DNA of 64,000 bases. Source: an uncultured virus (IMG/VR IMGVR_UViG_3300009667_000002) (lineage: Duplodnaviria > Heunggongvirae > Uroviricota > Caudoviricetes). Both the position numbers and the translations under genes were made by a program. The notes beneath the pieces were generated by a model, which searched no databases, was not told the origin of the DNA, and saw only the letters and a list, made by a program, of their open reading frames with translations. Below are positions 9,625 through 19,795 of the stretch, piece by piece. Every line of letters begins with the position of its first letter. Position 1 is the first letter of the stretch. The DNA is taken from IMG/VR virus record IMGVR_UViG_3300009667_000002, positions 1 through 64,000 of that record. One strand, given 5' to 3'.

Positions 9625-12600
9625 ATGGCAGTTGGTACAAAAATTTTAATAAATGATTCTAAAGTTGACCAAAAAGGAACTTTAACATTATGTGGATGTA
9701 ATCAAATTAATAGTACGGGTTCTTTAGTATATTTAACAGACCAAACACAAGATTATAATTGTCTATCCGTACCCCATGTTGGTTATGTTACAGGTATAAC
9801 TAGTGGTGTTTTAACTTGTTTAAATAGTTGTTTTTATAATAAAACAGAAATTAATAAATATACAGGAGATACCGATAATAGATTAACTGATATTGAAAGT
9901 ATAACAAATGTTGCAGTAACAGGTGCTTCCAATGGAATAACAAAAATTGATTCACATAATATTGAATTAGGTGGTAGTTTAACTAAAAACACAACAATTT
10001 CGGGTTCTTATGGTTTTGGTGTTAATAGTAATACAATAAAATTTAGTGGTGTAACAAGTGGTGTTGAAATTGGTGGAAGTGGATTGTATTTAACTGCAAA
10101 TATTCCTGGAAGTGGTGGATTACTTTGTTTAGGTGGTTCTGGTGAAGTTTGTCAAACATCTTTAGCAGCATTTGGTGGAATTACTGGTGGAACAAATGGT
10201 ATTGTTGATTGTGGAAATCAAAATGTTGGATTGGGTGGTGTTCTTTCTTCTAGTACTACTATTTGTGGTGATGGAAATAATTTAAGTTTAGGTTCTGCTG
10301 GAAGTAAATTAGGTTTATTAACAATAAATAGTAGTGAAAATATTGGTATTAATAGCGATAAAAATTTACAAATATCAATATCGGGTGGTACTATTACTAC
10401 TTCAGATGGAATGGGTTTAAGATATTCTTCTGACTATTCAGATACTTTTGTTGATAATTCATTAATTACTAAACGCTATGTTGATAATATTGTTTACGGT
10501 ATTGACCCAAAATCGGCAGTTCTTGTTGCAACAACAGCAAATATTGATGAATTGATTGATATTAAAACTATTGATGGTATTAGTTTAACTGGTGGTGATA
10601 GAATTTTAGTAAAAGACCAAGATGATAAAACGGAAAATGGTATTTATATTGTTAATGATGGTAATTGGTATCGTGCAAACGATTTTGATGGTACTCCAAG
10701 TGGCGAAGTTACGCAAGGTGCATTAATACCAGTAATAACAGGAAATACTAATGCAAATACATTGTGGATATTGACATCTAAAGACCCAATTACTATAGAT
10801 GTAGATGAATTAATTTTTACTAAATTTTCACAACTAATTGATGTTTCAAGTGGTAATGGTATTGATATATCAACAGTTGGTGCAGTAAAAACAATTAGTG
10901 TTGACTTAGCAGATAATTCGGGTTTGTGTTTTAGTAGTTCAGAATTGACAATAAACAGCAGTATTGCAGGTTCTGGATTATGTTGGAAAAACGGTGTTAT
11001 TAATGTAGATGTACCAACAGGTGGCACTACTGGTGTTCCTGTTAAATTTGATGATTCTTATGATTTAATTGTTGAAACTTCAGCAATAAATAATGTATTG
11101 GGTGGTGTTTTAAGTGGAAGTACAAATGGATTAACTGATAATAATGGTATTGTTTGTTTGGGTGGTCAATTAATAACATCAACAGTAATTTGTGGTAATG
11201 ATGTTTGTGGTTTGACTTATCAAGATACTGCAATAACAAATAAACGTGGTATTCAATATGCTGATGATTATAGTGCTACTTTTGTGGCAAGAAGTTTGGT
11301 TGATGCTGGGTTTGTAACAGGATTAACATCAACATCAGGAATTCAAACAGCATGTAATGGTTTAACAAAAGAAGGTAATGTTGTTGTATTGGGTGGTACA
11401 TTAACAGGAAATACTGAAATTGATGTTGATAGTTATGAATTTACTATTTGCAATAGTAATAGTTGTGTAACAATTCAAGATGGTTATGCTGTATTGGGAA
11501 CTGATTCTGGGGAAACTGCTGTTATATTAGTTTCAAGTGGTGCTATGTTAATATATGCATGTGATGTTGTTATGGAATTGTGTAATTCTTTTAATTATTT
11601 TAGTGTTTATAATAATTGTAATCAAAATTTAATTTTAAATGGTAATAATGATATTGTTTGTTTATCTAATTGTGATAGTAATTTAACTATTTGTGGTTCT
11701 GATAATTTAATTGAATTAAATGCTTGTAATTCAAGTATTAAATTATCAGAAGATTATATGTGTTTTTTATTAGAGAATAGTGATTGTTTAGTAATAAACA
11801 ATTCTAGCACAATATTTACATCAATAAATGGTACTGGTATTGAATATGGTGATTGTTATCATGATACGTATACAAGTCGTTCTTTGGTTGATAAAGAATA
11901 TGTTGATAATATTAAAGTTAATGCAGATAATGGTTTAAGTGTTAGTGGTGGTACTATTGTTTTAGGTGGTACTTTAACAGGTGATACTACTATTTATGGT
12001 GATTGTAATTCATTGAATATACCAAATTTAAAAGAATTTAATGTTGTTGGTGATTGTATAAAAATTTCACCACAACATAGTTCAGTATGTCATTATAAGA
12101 ATGGAACAGTTATAGGTGGTTCTGGAATTATATGTGGTTATAATAGTGTTGTTATTGGTGGTTCAGACCTAACTAGTGGTGGATATGGTAATTATTCATT
12201 ATCAATGATGGGTGGTATTGCATGTGGTTGTCAATCTATTGCAATTGGTAGAGATATATGTTGGGGTACTAGGGCATATGGTGATTATTCAATTTCAATT
12301 GGTTATGCAAATTGTGTGAATTCTTGTTATGGAACAATAATTGGTGGTACTTTTAATAGTTTGAATTGTGGTAATAATTATTCAATAATATTGGGTGGTT
12401 GTAGAATTGGAATTCCAGAAAATTCATATTGTAATACTGCAATAGTACCTAATTTAGTAATATGGGAAACACCATCTAGTGGTTCTGTTAGTGATTCTGT
12501 TTTAGTTTGGAATTCTACAGATAAAATGATTAAGACAGTTTCTGGATGTGATATTGGTGATAGTAATAATAACTATTTAATTTGTGGAATTTCTGCAAAT

Positions 12601-12888
12601 ACTTCATTTACAAATACGGGTAAAACATATTTAATTGCGGTAAATACTACTAATAGTTCAATCTGTGTAACGTTACCAAGTTCAGTATCGAATGGTAGAG
12701 CATTCAAAATAAAAGACGTATCAGGTAATGCACTTACAAATAATGTTATTATTTGTTCACATGGTGGTACTCATAAATTTGATGGTAATAATAATGCATT
12801 AATAAATACAGATTATGGTTCATTAGAATTAGTATATTCTGAAGAATTAGGTATTTGTGGTTGGTTTGCAGTTTCATACATGAATTAA
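9625..12888 (+). CDS. long tail fibre / decoration-like protein
   Basis: ATTANI..IDG..GDRILVKDQ..ENGIY domain typical of phage fibres; repeated NG[LI]T..LGG units; GG-repeat beta-solenoid-like C-terminal region. Confidence 0.7.
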   Translation: MAVGTKILINDSKVDQKGTLTLCGCNQINSTGSLVYLTDQTQDYNCLSVPHVGYVTGITSGVLTCLNSCFYNKTEINKYTGDTDNRLTDIESITNVAVTGASNGITKIDSHNIELGGSLTKNTTISGSYGFGVNSNTIKFSGVTSGVEIGGSGLYLTANIPGSGGLLCLGGSGEVCQTSLAAFGGITGGTNGIVDCGNQNVGLGGVLSSSTTICGDGNNLSLGSAGSKLGLLTINSSENIGINSDKNLQISISGGTITTSDGMGLRYSSDYSDTFVDNSLITKRYVDNIVYGIDPKSAVLVATTANIDELIDIKTIDGISLTGGDRILVKDQDDKTENGIYIVNDGNWYRANDFDGTPSGEVTQGALIPVITGNTNANTLWILTSKDPITIDVDELIFTKFSQLIDVSSGNGIDISTVGAVKTISVDLADNSGLCFSSSELTINSSIAGSGLCWKNGVINVDVPTGGTTGVPVKFDDSYDLIVETSAINNVLGGVLSGSTNGLTDNNGIVCLGGQLITSTVICGNDVCGLTYQDTAITNKRGIQYADDYSATFVARSLVDAGFVTGLTSTSGIQTACNGLTKEGNVVVLGGTLTGNTEIDVDSYEFTICNSNSCVTIQDGYAVLGTDSGETAVILVSSGAMLIYACDVVMELCNSFNYFSVYNNCNQNLILNGNNDIVCLSNCDSNLTICGSDNLIELNACNSSIKLSEDYMCFLLENSDCLVINNSSTIFTSINGTGIEYGDCYHDTYTSRSLVDKEYVDNIKVNADNGLSVSGGTIVLGGTLTGDTTIYGDCNSLNIPNLKEFNVVGDCIKISPQHSSVCHYKNGTVIGGSGIICGYNSVVIGGSDLTSGGYGNYSLSMMGGIACGCQSIAIGRDICWGTRAYGDYSISIGYANCVNSCYGTIIGGTFNSLNCGNNYSIILGGCRIGIPENSYCNTAIVPNLVIWETPSSGSVSDSVLVWNSTDKMIKTVSGCDIGDSNNNYLICGISANTSFTNTGKTYLIAVNTTNSSICVTLPSSVSNGRAFKIKDVSGNALTNNVIICSHGGTHKFDGNNNALINTDYGSLELVYSEELGICGWFAVSYMN

Positions 12889-12907
12889 CCATAGGTTATC
12901 TTATTAT

Positions 12908-12945
12908 AAAAATGGGAAATTGTATAATTTCCCATTTTTTATTTT
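12908..12945 (+). terminator. Rho-independent terminator
   Basis: aaaaatgggaaatt-gtat-aatttcccattttt followed by a T tract. Confidence 0.85.
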
Positions 12946-12976
12946 TTTTTTTTGAGTTTTTTTTTTATTTATTTTT

Positions 12977-12984
12977 GTATTTAT
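12977..12984 (+). promoter_or_regulatory. putative late promoter GTATTTAT
   Basis: Recurrent motif upstream of the glycosyltransferase. Confidence 0.6.
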
Positions 12985-13015
12985 AAAAAATTATAAAATT
13001 TAATAAATTTAATTT

Positions 13016-13939
13016 ATGGATAAAATTCAATTAAACAGTGATAGAATATCTGAAAATGATAAGTATGTTATATTTCATACAGAAGGTGGGCATGGAAAAC
13101 AATGTATGGCAACTGCTGTATGTAGAGCGATTAAAAAAAAATATCCCGATAGAAAATTGGTGGTTGTTACATCATGGGACGGACCGTTTTTTTATAATCC
13201 CGATGTTTTTCGTTTTTATACATTTGGTCAAATGCAATATTTTTTCAGTGATTATATTAAAGATGATACAATAATATTAAGACATGAAGTTTATCATTCT
13301 GAAGACCATATATTACAAAGAAAACATTTAACTGAATCTTGGTGTGATATGTATAACATACCTTACGATGGTTATAAACCGAAAATATATATTAATCCTC
13401 GTGAATTAGAAATTGCAAAAGATAAAATAAAACCAGATAATAGACCGATAATGTTATTGCAAACACATGGTGGTTCACCAAATTCACAATATAGTAAAAA
13501 ATCTTGGTATAGAGATATGCCAATTGAAATAGCACAAAAAATAGTAAATCATTTTAATAAAACATATCGTATTTTACATATTAAATCACAAGAACAACCA
13601 ACTTTACAAGGTGTTGAAATGTTAAATTTACCACATAGAGAATTATATGCCGTATTTCCGTTAAGTACAAAAAGATTATTTATTGATAGTTTTGCACAAC
13701 ATGTTGCTGCTGCTCTTGATTTACAATCAACAGTTGTTTGGATTGGAAACAAACCAGAAGTTTTTGGATATCCTGAACACATTAACATTAAACCAAATGC
13801 TAATTATGTTAGAGAAATAAATAAATTTAGTTATTTAGACCAATTTGATATATCTGGTCAAGTTCAACAGTTTCCATATGATACAGTAAACTTATTCAAT
13901 GTTGATGAAATCATTGAAGCAGTAAATAAACAAAAATAA
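13016..13939 (+). CDS. GT9-like (heptosyltransferase-fold) glycosyltransferase
   Basis: EGGHGK..ATAV..AIKK N-terminus and FIDSFAQHVAAAL..STVVW motif. Confidence 0.7.
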   Translation: MDKIQLNSDRISENDKYVIFHTEGGHGKQCMATAVCRAIKKKYPDRKLVVVTSWDGPFFYNPDVFRFYTFGQMQYFFSDYIKDDTIILRHEVYHSEDHILQRKHLTESWCDMYNIPYDGYKPKIYINPRELEIAKDKIKPDNRPIMLLQTHGGSPNSQYSKKSWYRDMPIEIAQKIVNHFNKTYRILHIKSQEQPTLQGVEMLNLPHRELYAVFPLSTKRLFIDSFAQHVAAALDLQSTVVWIGNKPEVFGYPEHINIKPNANYVREINKFSYLDQFDISGQVQQFPYDTVNLFNVDEIIEAVNKQK

Positions 13940-13963
13940 TCAATAATTCAATTTATTATTCTT

Positions 13964-13992
13964 AAACCTATCGATTTCGATGGGTTTTTTTT
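13964..13992 (+). terminator. Rho-independent terminator
   Basis: aaacctatcg-attt-cgatgggttt plus T run. Confidence 0.8.
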
Positions 13993-14026
13993 ATTTCTTT
14001 TTGATGATTGTGTGTTATTTTTTAAA

Positions 14027-14034
14027 GTATTTAT
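14027..14034 (+). promoter_or_regulatory. putative late promoter GTATTTAT
   Basis: Recurrent motif. Confidence 0.6.
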
Positions 14035-14093
14035 AATTAATGGTGAATAATATATTATTATTTGAAAATAAAATTTAATTTATTGAACAAACT

Positions 14094-15899
14094 ATGGCGT
14101 TAGATACTAAACTAAATTTAAATGAATGTAAGTTTGAACAATTAACAACCGAAACATTAAATTTGTCGGGATGTACAAACATATTTGGAAATTTAATAAT
14201 TAAAAGTGGTGGAACAATATCTATTTTAGATAATCATGGAATGGGTAAGGTGTTTACATCAGATGATAATGGTAATGGTTTTTGGGGTGAAGGTTTTGTA
14301 ACTGGATTTACGAATGGTTTAATTAAATATAATAATCAAAATGTTTGTTTAGGTACACCAAGTGATATTGATAATACTACTATAAATTTAGTTACTGGAA
14401 CAACACACACACATAAATTTAAATCTAGTAGTTTTGTAAGAAATGATGGGGGCATTTTAGTAGATGGTGCTGGTCGTTTTTATCTTGACGATAGTTATGT
14501 TAGTGATACCACATTACCTAATTTATATACCATTACTGGTATTACATCAAATCAAAGTATTGGTATTTTAGAATCTGGACAAACATTAGGGATGGTATAT
14601 ATTACGAATTTAGGTAGTGAAATTGCATATGTTAATTTGGGTACAACACCAACAGGTGATGAAATTACACCATATACAACAATTAAAATTTTACCTAATG
14701 ATGATGTTTCAGTAACCATTAACATGAGGTTATCTAAATCACTTAATAAAACAATTTATATAAGTTCATCTGATTGGAATAATATTGAATTGGAAGTCCA
14801 ATGGGCTAATATAACATATCAAAATGCTTCTACAACAATAACACCTAGTGATTTACCAATGGCTAGTGATATTACATTGGGTGCAATTAGAATTGGTGAT
14901 GGTATTTCTATTGATGGTGATGGTATTGTATCAGTTGATAGCATTGATTTAAATAATATTTCTGATGTTAGTATAACAACACCGAGTATTGGAAATTTAT
15001 TAATGTATAATGGTTCTAATTGGGTTAATTCTGGTTTAACAATAACAACAAATTTAAGCGAATTAACTGATGTTAGTATTAATTCACCTGCTAAAGATGA
15101 ATTATTGGTATATGATGGTAATAAATGGATTAATACGGGAATTACAACAGGTGGTGGTTTTTTAGGATTGGTAACAAAAACATCATCAAAACCATCAAAT
15201 TTAAAACAAAATCAATGGGTTAAACCAAGACCTGAAGACAATAATAATCTTGAATACACATTTACAAATTTTTGTGATAGTTTGGGCAATCCAATAAATG
15301 TTAATTTAAGTTTAGAAGATGTTTATTTAAGATATTGTGAAAGTGGCAATTATTGGACAAAAGAGTATTATGATAAACCATTAACATACGATAAAACTTG
15401 GATTGGTAGTTATGAAAATAAAGTTTGTGAAATACCTGTAATTGATGAATGGGTTTCCTCTGAAGAAGCATTGTGTCATATTGGTCAAAAATTTTCATAC
15501 GAATCACAAACAATTATGGTAAATGATTTGGATACTTGTATTTCTATACCAAATAATATATTAATTGAAAATATTAATTTAAAAAACGTTGGAAATACTA
15601 AAATTTTAACAGTACCAAGTGGTAAAAGAGCAATTATTAATGATTTAAAATTAATCATGTTGCAACAAGCAAATCCAACAACATTAACTATTAATGTTGG
15701 AAGTGGTGGGGGTGTATATAATAATTTAATAAATGGTTATGGTATTTCAAATATTTGTCAGTATGAAGTTTATAGTTTACCAGTACCCCAAGAGCCTAAT
15801 TTAGCATTAAATAGTGACGTATATTTAAGAGTTGTTTCTGGTTCAACACATGCTAATGAATTATGTGGTCATTTACTTGTTAATGCGTTTATTTTTTAA
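14094..15899 (+). CDS. tail-fibre-like protein
   Basis: Shared N-terminus; ASDITLGAIRIGDG and two L..L.DV.I....LL.Y.G..W.N fibre repeats. Confidence 0.65.
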   Translation: MALDTKLNLNECKFEQLTTETLNLSGCTNIFGNLIIKSGGTISILDNHGMGKVFTSDDNGNGFWGEGFVTGFTNGLIKYNNQNVCLGTPSDIDNTTINLVTGTTHTHKFKSSSFVRNDGGILVDGAGRFYLDDSYVSDTTLPNLYTITGITSNQSIGILESGQTLGMVYITNLGSEIAYVNLGTTPTGDEITPYTTIKILPNDDVSVTINMRLSKSLNKTIYISSSDWNNIELEVQWANITYQNASTTITPSDLPMASDITLGAIRIGDGISIDGDGIVSVDSIDLNNISDVSITTPSIGNLLMYNGSNWVNSGLTITTNLSELTDVSINSPAKDELLVYDGNKWINTGITTGGGFLGLVTKTSSKPSNLKQNQWVKPRPEDNNNLEYTFTNFCDSLGNPINVNLSLEDVYLRYCESGNYWTKEYYDKPLTYDKTWIGSYENKVCEIPVIDEWVSSEEALCHIGQKFSYESQTIMVNDLDTCISIPNNILIENINLKNVGNTKILTVPSGKRAIINDLKLIMLQQANPTTLTINVGSGGGVYNNLINGYGISNICQYEVYSLPVPQEPNLALNSDVYLRVVSGSTHANELCGHLLVNAFIF

Positions 15900-15905
15900 T
15901 TATTT

Positions 15906-18374
15906 ATGATAAGAAGTGGAAATAACATATTAAAAAATGGGGAATGTCTTTTCAAATCACAGGCATTGGAATCGTATTTAGAACATAATTATAATACTAC
16001 AACATATTTAACATTAAATTATTCTGATGTAACAAGCGATAATCCAATTATTGTTTATTATAAAACATCGAATGGTGTTGATAAAAAAACATTAGTTGGT
16101 AAATCAGAAAGTGGTAATAATTTAAATTTTACTACCCCAAATAATACGTTATATAAAAGTTTTTATTTTAGAGGTTCTTTGGAAAATGTTCATAAATTTA
16201 GTTTTAATCGAACTTGTCGTGGTAATCTTATTAAATTAATGAATCAATTTCCTAATTTAAGTAGTTTTAGTATTAATAATGGAATTTTCAATCAAAACAT
16301 ATCAAATTCTTTTTTTCCTTCAAATTTAATAAATTTTTATATTAACGATAATAGTTTAAGTGGTAATATTAATACAATTGGTAATCTTAATAATATTGAA
16401 ACAATATATTTAAGATATTGTAATTTTAATGGTAATTTTACGAATATTGATTTTAAGAATTTAATAAAAATTGAATTATTATATTTACCATCGTTAAAAG
16501 GTAGTATTAATGATTTATTAGAAAATAATCTAAATTTTAATTATTTGCATATAAGTAATTTACCAAAATTTAGTGGTAATTCTTCAACATTAAATATGAA
16601 AAATTTGGAATATATATCTATGAATGTTGATACTAATGATAATTTTATTGGTAGTATAACTAATTGGGAATTTAATACTGGTTTAACAAATTTAACTTTA
16701 TATTCAAGATATTTAACTGGTGATATTACGAATTGGGATATTGAAAATACAAAAATTACTGATTTTTATTTAGCAACAAATCAAAATATTGTTGGAGATT
16801 TATCGAATTGGAAATTACCTTCAACAATAAATAATTTTAGTTTATATTATCTTGGTATAACTGAAATACCAAAAAATATTAATGTTGGTATGGTTAATTC
16901 CAATAATCAAATAAATATTAAAATTTGTAATAGTTTAACTGGAATTACAAACACATCAATAACTGGTTTTTCAACAACTATTTATAGTTGTAATAATTTA
17001 ATTGATATTACAAATATATCAATAAGTGGTAATAATATTTACATTCAATATTGTGGTAATCTAACTGGAATTACAAACACCTTGATGAATGTAAAAACAA
17101 TAAATATAAATAACTGTAATAAATTAATCTCAATTGATGGTTTAGTAATACCCGATGATTTAATTACATTTAATATATATAAAACGAAAATTAATTACGA
17201 TATTAATGGTATTGTATTTCCCAATACATTAACAAGTATTAATTTTAGTAATAATCAAATGTATGGTAATATTGAAGAATTTATTTTACCAAGTGGATTA
17301 ACTAATTTAAATTTTGGTGGTAATAAAAATATTATGGGTAATGTTATTAATTTAGTATTAAATGATAAAATAAATACGTTAGATTTAAATAATACTAGTG
17401 TATATGGTGATATTATTGATATGGATATACCAGATAATCTTACTAATTTAGTATTAAATAATACTGATATTTTTATTGATTTAACATCAAAAGAATTTCA
17501 TACAAATAAATTAATCACATTAAATTTATCTAACATTAGTGGTATTACTGGAAGTTTTTCTAATTTTATTATTGATAATAATATGAATTTTATATATATT
17601 AATTCAAATAATAATATGAATTGTGATTTATCTGAATTGGATATATCAAAAGTTAGTTATTTTTATGGAAATAATTGTTCAAATTTATATGGTGATTTAA
17701 CAAATTGGTTAACAGGTAGCACTAGATTATATACTTTATATATTTTTGGTTGTCCAAAATTATCTGGTGACACGTCTAATTGGAGTGTGAATAATATTAA
17801 TCAATTATATATTAGTAATACTAATTTAAGTGGAAGATTAAAACATAACAATATCAATTATTTAGAAGCAAATAATTGTAATATTTCTAGTATAATTGAA
17901 ATTGATTTTAATTTTAGTAATATGGCTACTTATGTTGGTTTAAATAATACAGATATTATTGGTAATTTATCTGGTGTTACATTATTTAATGGTATTTATT
18001 ATTTCAATGTTGAAAATTGTCCCAATTTATATGGTTCAAACGAATTTATAGATTATATTTTTGAAAATAGAAAATTCTTTAATTATAATGGAAAAATAGA
18101 ATTTAGAATAAAAAATATAGGTGATAGTGTTACTGGTGATACAGAAACATTAGGTAATTTAGGTTCATATATACAATTTTCTGGTACTTCTGAAAATTAT
18201 TTTTGGAATTTAACAGAATTTGAAGTAAATAATTTAGCAAATGGTTTGGATTATGATGGTAATGGTACTAATGTACCTTGGGATTCTAAACAAAAAATAT
18301 ATTGGATAAAAAATGCTGGAATAAGTTCAACTAATGCTAGTAAAAGATATAAAAATTATAGTATAATATATTAA
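15906..18374 (+). CDS. leucine-rich-repeat protein
   Basis: Many ~22-24 aa LxxLxLxxN.LxGxI repeats. Confidence 0.75.
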   Translation: MIRSGNNILKNGECLFKSQALESYLEHNYNTTTYLTLNYSDVTSDNPIIVYYKTSNGVDKKTLVGKSESGNNLNFTTPNNTLYKSFYFRGSLENVHKFSFNRTCRGNLIKLMNQFPNLSSFSINNGIFNQNISNSFFPSNLINFYINDNSLSGNINTIGNLNNIETIYLRYCNFNGNFTNIDFKNLIKIELLYLPSLKGSINDLLENNLNFNYLHISNLPKFSGNSSTLNMKNLEYISMNVDTNDNFIGSITNWEFNTGLTNLTLYSRYLTGDITNWDIENTKITDFYLATNQNIVGDLSNWKLPSTINNFSLYYLGITEIPKNINVGMVNSNNQINIKICNSLTGITNTSITGFSTTIYSCNNLIDITNISISGNNIYIQYCGNLTGITNTLMNVKTININNCNKLISIDGLVIPDDLITFNIYKTKINYDINGIVFPNTLTSINFSNNQMYGNIEEFILPSGLTNLNFGGNKNIMGNVINLVLNDKINTLDLNNTSVYGDIIDMDIPDNLTNLVLNNTDIFIDLTSKEFHTNKLITLNLSNISGITGSFSNFIIDNNMNFIYINSNNNMNCDLSELDISKVSYFYGNNCSNLYGDLTNWLTGSTRLYTLYIFGCPKLSGDTSNWSVNNINQLYISNTNLSGRLKHNNINYLEANNCNISSIIEIDFNFSNMATYVGLNNTDIIGNLSGVTLFNGIYYFNVENCPNLYGSNEFIDYIFENRKFFNYNGKIEFRIKNIGDSVTGDTETLGNLGSYIQFSGTSENYFWNLTEFEVNNLANGLDYDGNGTNVPWDSKQKIYWIKNAGISSTNASKRYKNYSIIY

Positions 18375-18377
18375 AAT

Positions 18378-18902
18378 ATGACAAAAGCAATTTTTATAAA
18401 TGAAGCGGGTTTTGTTGATGGTGTAATAACAGGTGCAACCAATTTGGGTGTTGGTAATGGTATTATATACACTGGATTAACAAATAATACGTTAAATTTA
18501 AAAACATTAAGTGGTGGTACTAATATTACATTAACAACAACAGATAATTATATTATTATTAGTTCAAATGGGTTAGTTGAAGTAAATGCTTCTGATGTTG
18601 ATGTAATACCAATATTACCATATACAGGAACTAATTTACAATTATTATCTGATGAATACGGTAAAGCATTGTTAAATGAATATACAATAACTGGTGATAG
18701 TACAACAACAGGTTTTACTATTACACATAATAAAAATAATAATTTTGTTTCGGTTGAGGTTGTTCGTAATGTAAGTCCATATAATACAGTTTTTGTAGAT
18801 ATAAGTAGACCAACATCAAATACTGTTTGTTTACAATTTGGTGAACCACCTGAAGATGGTTTGGAATATAAAGTATTAATAAGCGGTAGGTGTATTGGTT
18901 AA
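18378..18902 (+). CDS. small virion structural protein
   Basis: ITGATNLG..LNLKTL module shared with fibres; ITHN..V.V C-terminal beta domain. Confidence 0.55.
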   Translation: MTKAIFINEAGFVDGVITGATNLGVGNGIIYTGLTNNTLNLKTLSGGTNITLTTTDNYIIISSNGLVEVNASDVDVIPILPYTGTNLQLLSDEYGKALLNEYTITGDSTTTGFTITHNKNNNFVSVEVVRNVSPYNTVFVDISRPTSNTVCLQFGEPPEDGLEYKVLISGRCIG

Positions 18903-18931
18903 AAAATAATATTTAATAAATAAATAAAATA

Positions 18932-19318
18932 ATGAAAGAATTAATAAGAGTTTTGTTTGGTGATTATACGTGGATTCAACTTTTTGGTTATGGTTGGTTT
19001 TTTCTTGTCGGATATTTTCTTTATAGTTTAGTTGAAACTACAGGTCGTGATATTCATAGTAAGAATACACCAAAAAAATGGAATTGGAAATTTTGGTTTT
19101 ATGATAATTGGAAAAGGTATTTAAGTACATTTTTATCTACATATATTCTTTTTAGATTTTATAATGAAGTAAGTGGGCATGAATTTGGATATTTTGATGC
19201 GGTTTCTTTAGGTTTAATTGGTGATGGAATTGGTGCAACATTAAAAAGAAGAACAAAATCAATTGGTGCTGATAGAAAAAAATTATTGGATGAATTAAGT
19301 AAAGAAAATGAAATATAA
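18932..19318 (+). CDS. membrane protein, possible holin
   Basis: 128 aa, 2-3 hydrophobic segments, charged C-terminus. Confidence 0.4.
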   Translation: MKELIRVLFGDYTWIQLFGYGWFFLVGYFLYSLVETTGRDIHSKNTPKKWNWKFWFYDNWKRYLSTFLSTYILFRFYNEVSGHEFGYFDAVSLGLIGDGIGATLKRRTKSIGADRKKLLDELSKENEI

Positions 19319-19734
19319 TGGATTATAGTACATTCACATTAAAAACTTTTTATATAAAAAAGGATAGTACATTACCAGAATTAAAGTATCCTTTAACACA
19401 GCATTTTAGAGAACAGTATGATATTACAGAAGATATGTTGGATAATGTTGGTGTTACATTTTCAATGATAGATAGTTATGGTATTTTTCATATTGCAAAT
19501 GTATCAGCAAATCTTGTTATTAATGATGATAGAATGAATTATCCTGATGAAGAAAAATACACATTAACATATAGATTTAAAGAGTTTGAAACTTCAAAAA
19601 TTGGTAGATTTTTTGGTGAATTTAAATTAGATTTTTTGGATAACGATGTTGGTTGTGGTAAGATAACAATACCAACAAATGGTAATATTTCAATTGTAAT
19701 TTTTGATAGTTTAACAAAAACAACAGTAGAATAA
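19318..19734 (+). CDS. virion protein, BppU-N-like beta sandwich
   Basis: FYIKKDSTLP..L..G.F.GEF...P pattern. Confidence 0.4.
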   Translation: MDYSTFTLKTFYIKKDSTLPELKYPLTQHFREQYDITEDMLDNVGVTFSMIDSYGIFHIANVSANLVINDDRMNYPDEEKYTLTYRFKEFETSKIGRFFGEFKLDFLDNDVGCGKITIPTNGNISIVIFDSLTKTTVE

Positions 19735-19765
19735 TTGTTTTTTTAAAAAACAATGTTTATTTTTG
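19735..19765 (+). promoter_or_regulatory. Bacteroidota-type -33/-7 promoter
   Basis: TTG-N20-TATTTTTG upstream of the helicase. Confidence 0.55.
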
Positions 19766-19795
19766 CTAATCTAATTAATTTTATAAAATTGGGTT

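Noticed and set aside
8812..11911. Repeat pairs as DGR template/variable regions
   Set aside because: Mismatches are not confined to adenines, both copies are coding, and no reverse transcriptase is seen in the window.
12935..12976. Long poly-T tract as a phase-variation site
   Set aside because: Explained as terminator tail and AT-rich spacer; no evidence of length variation.
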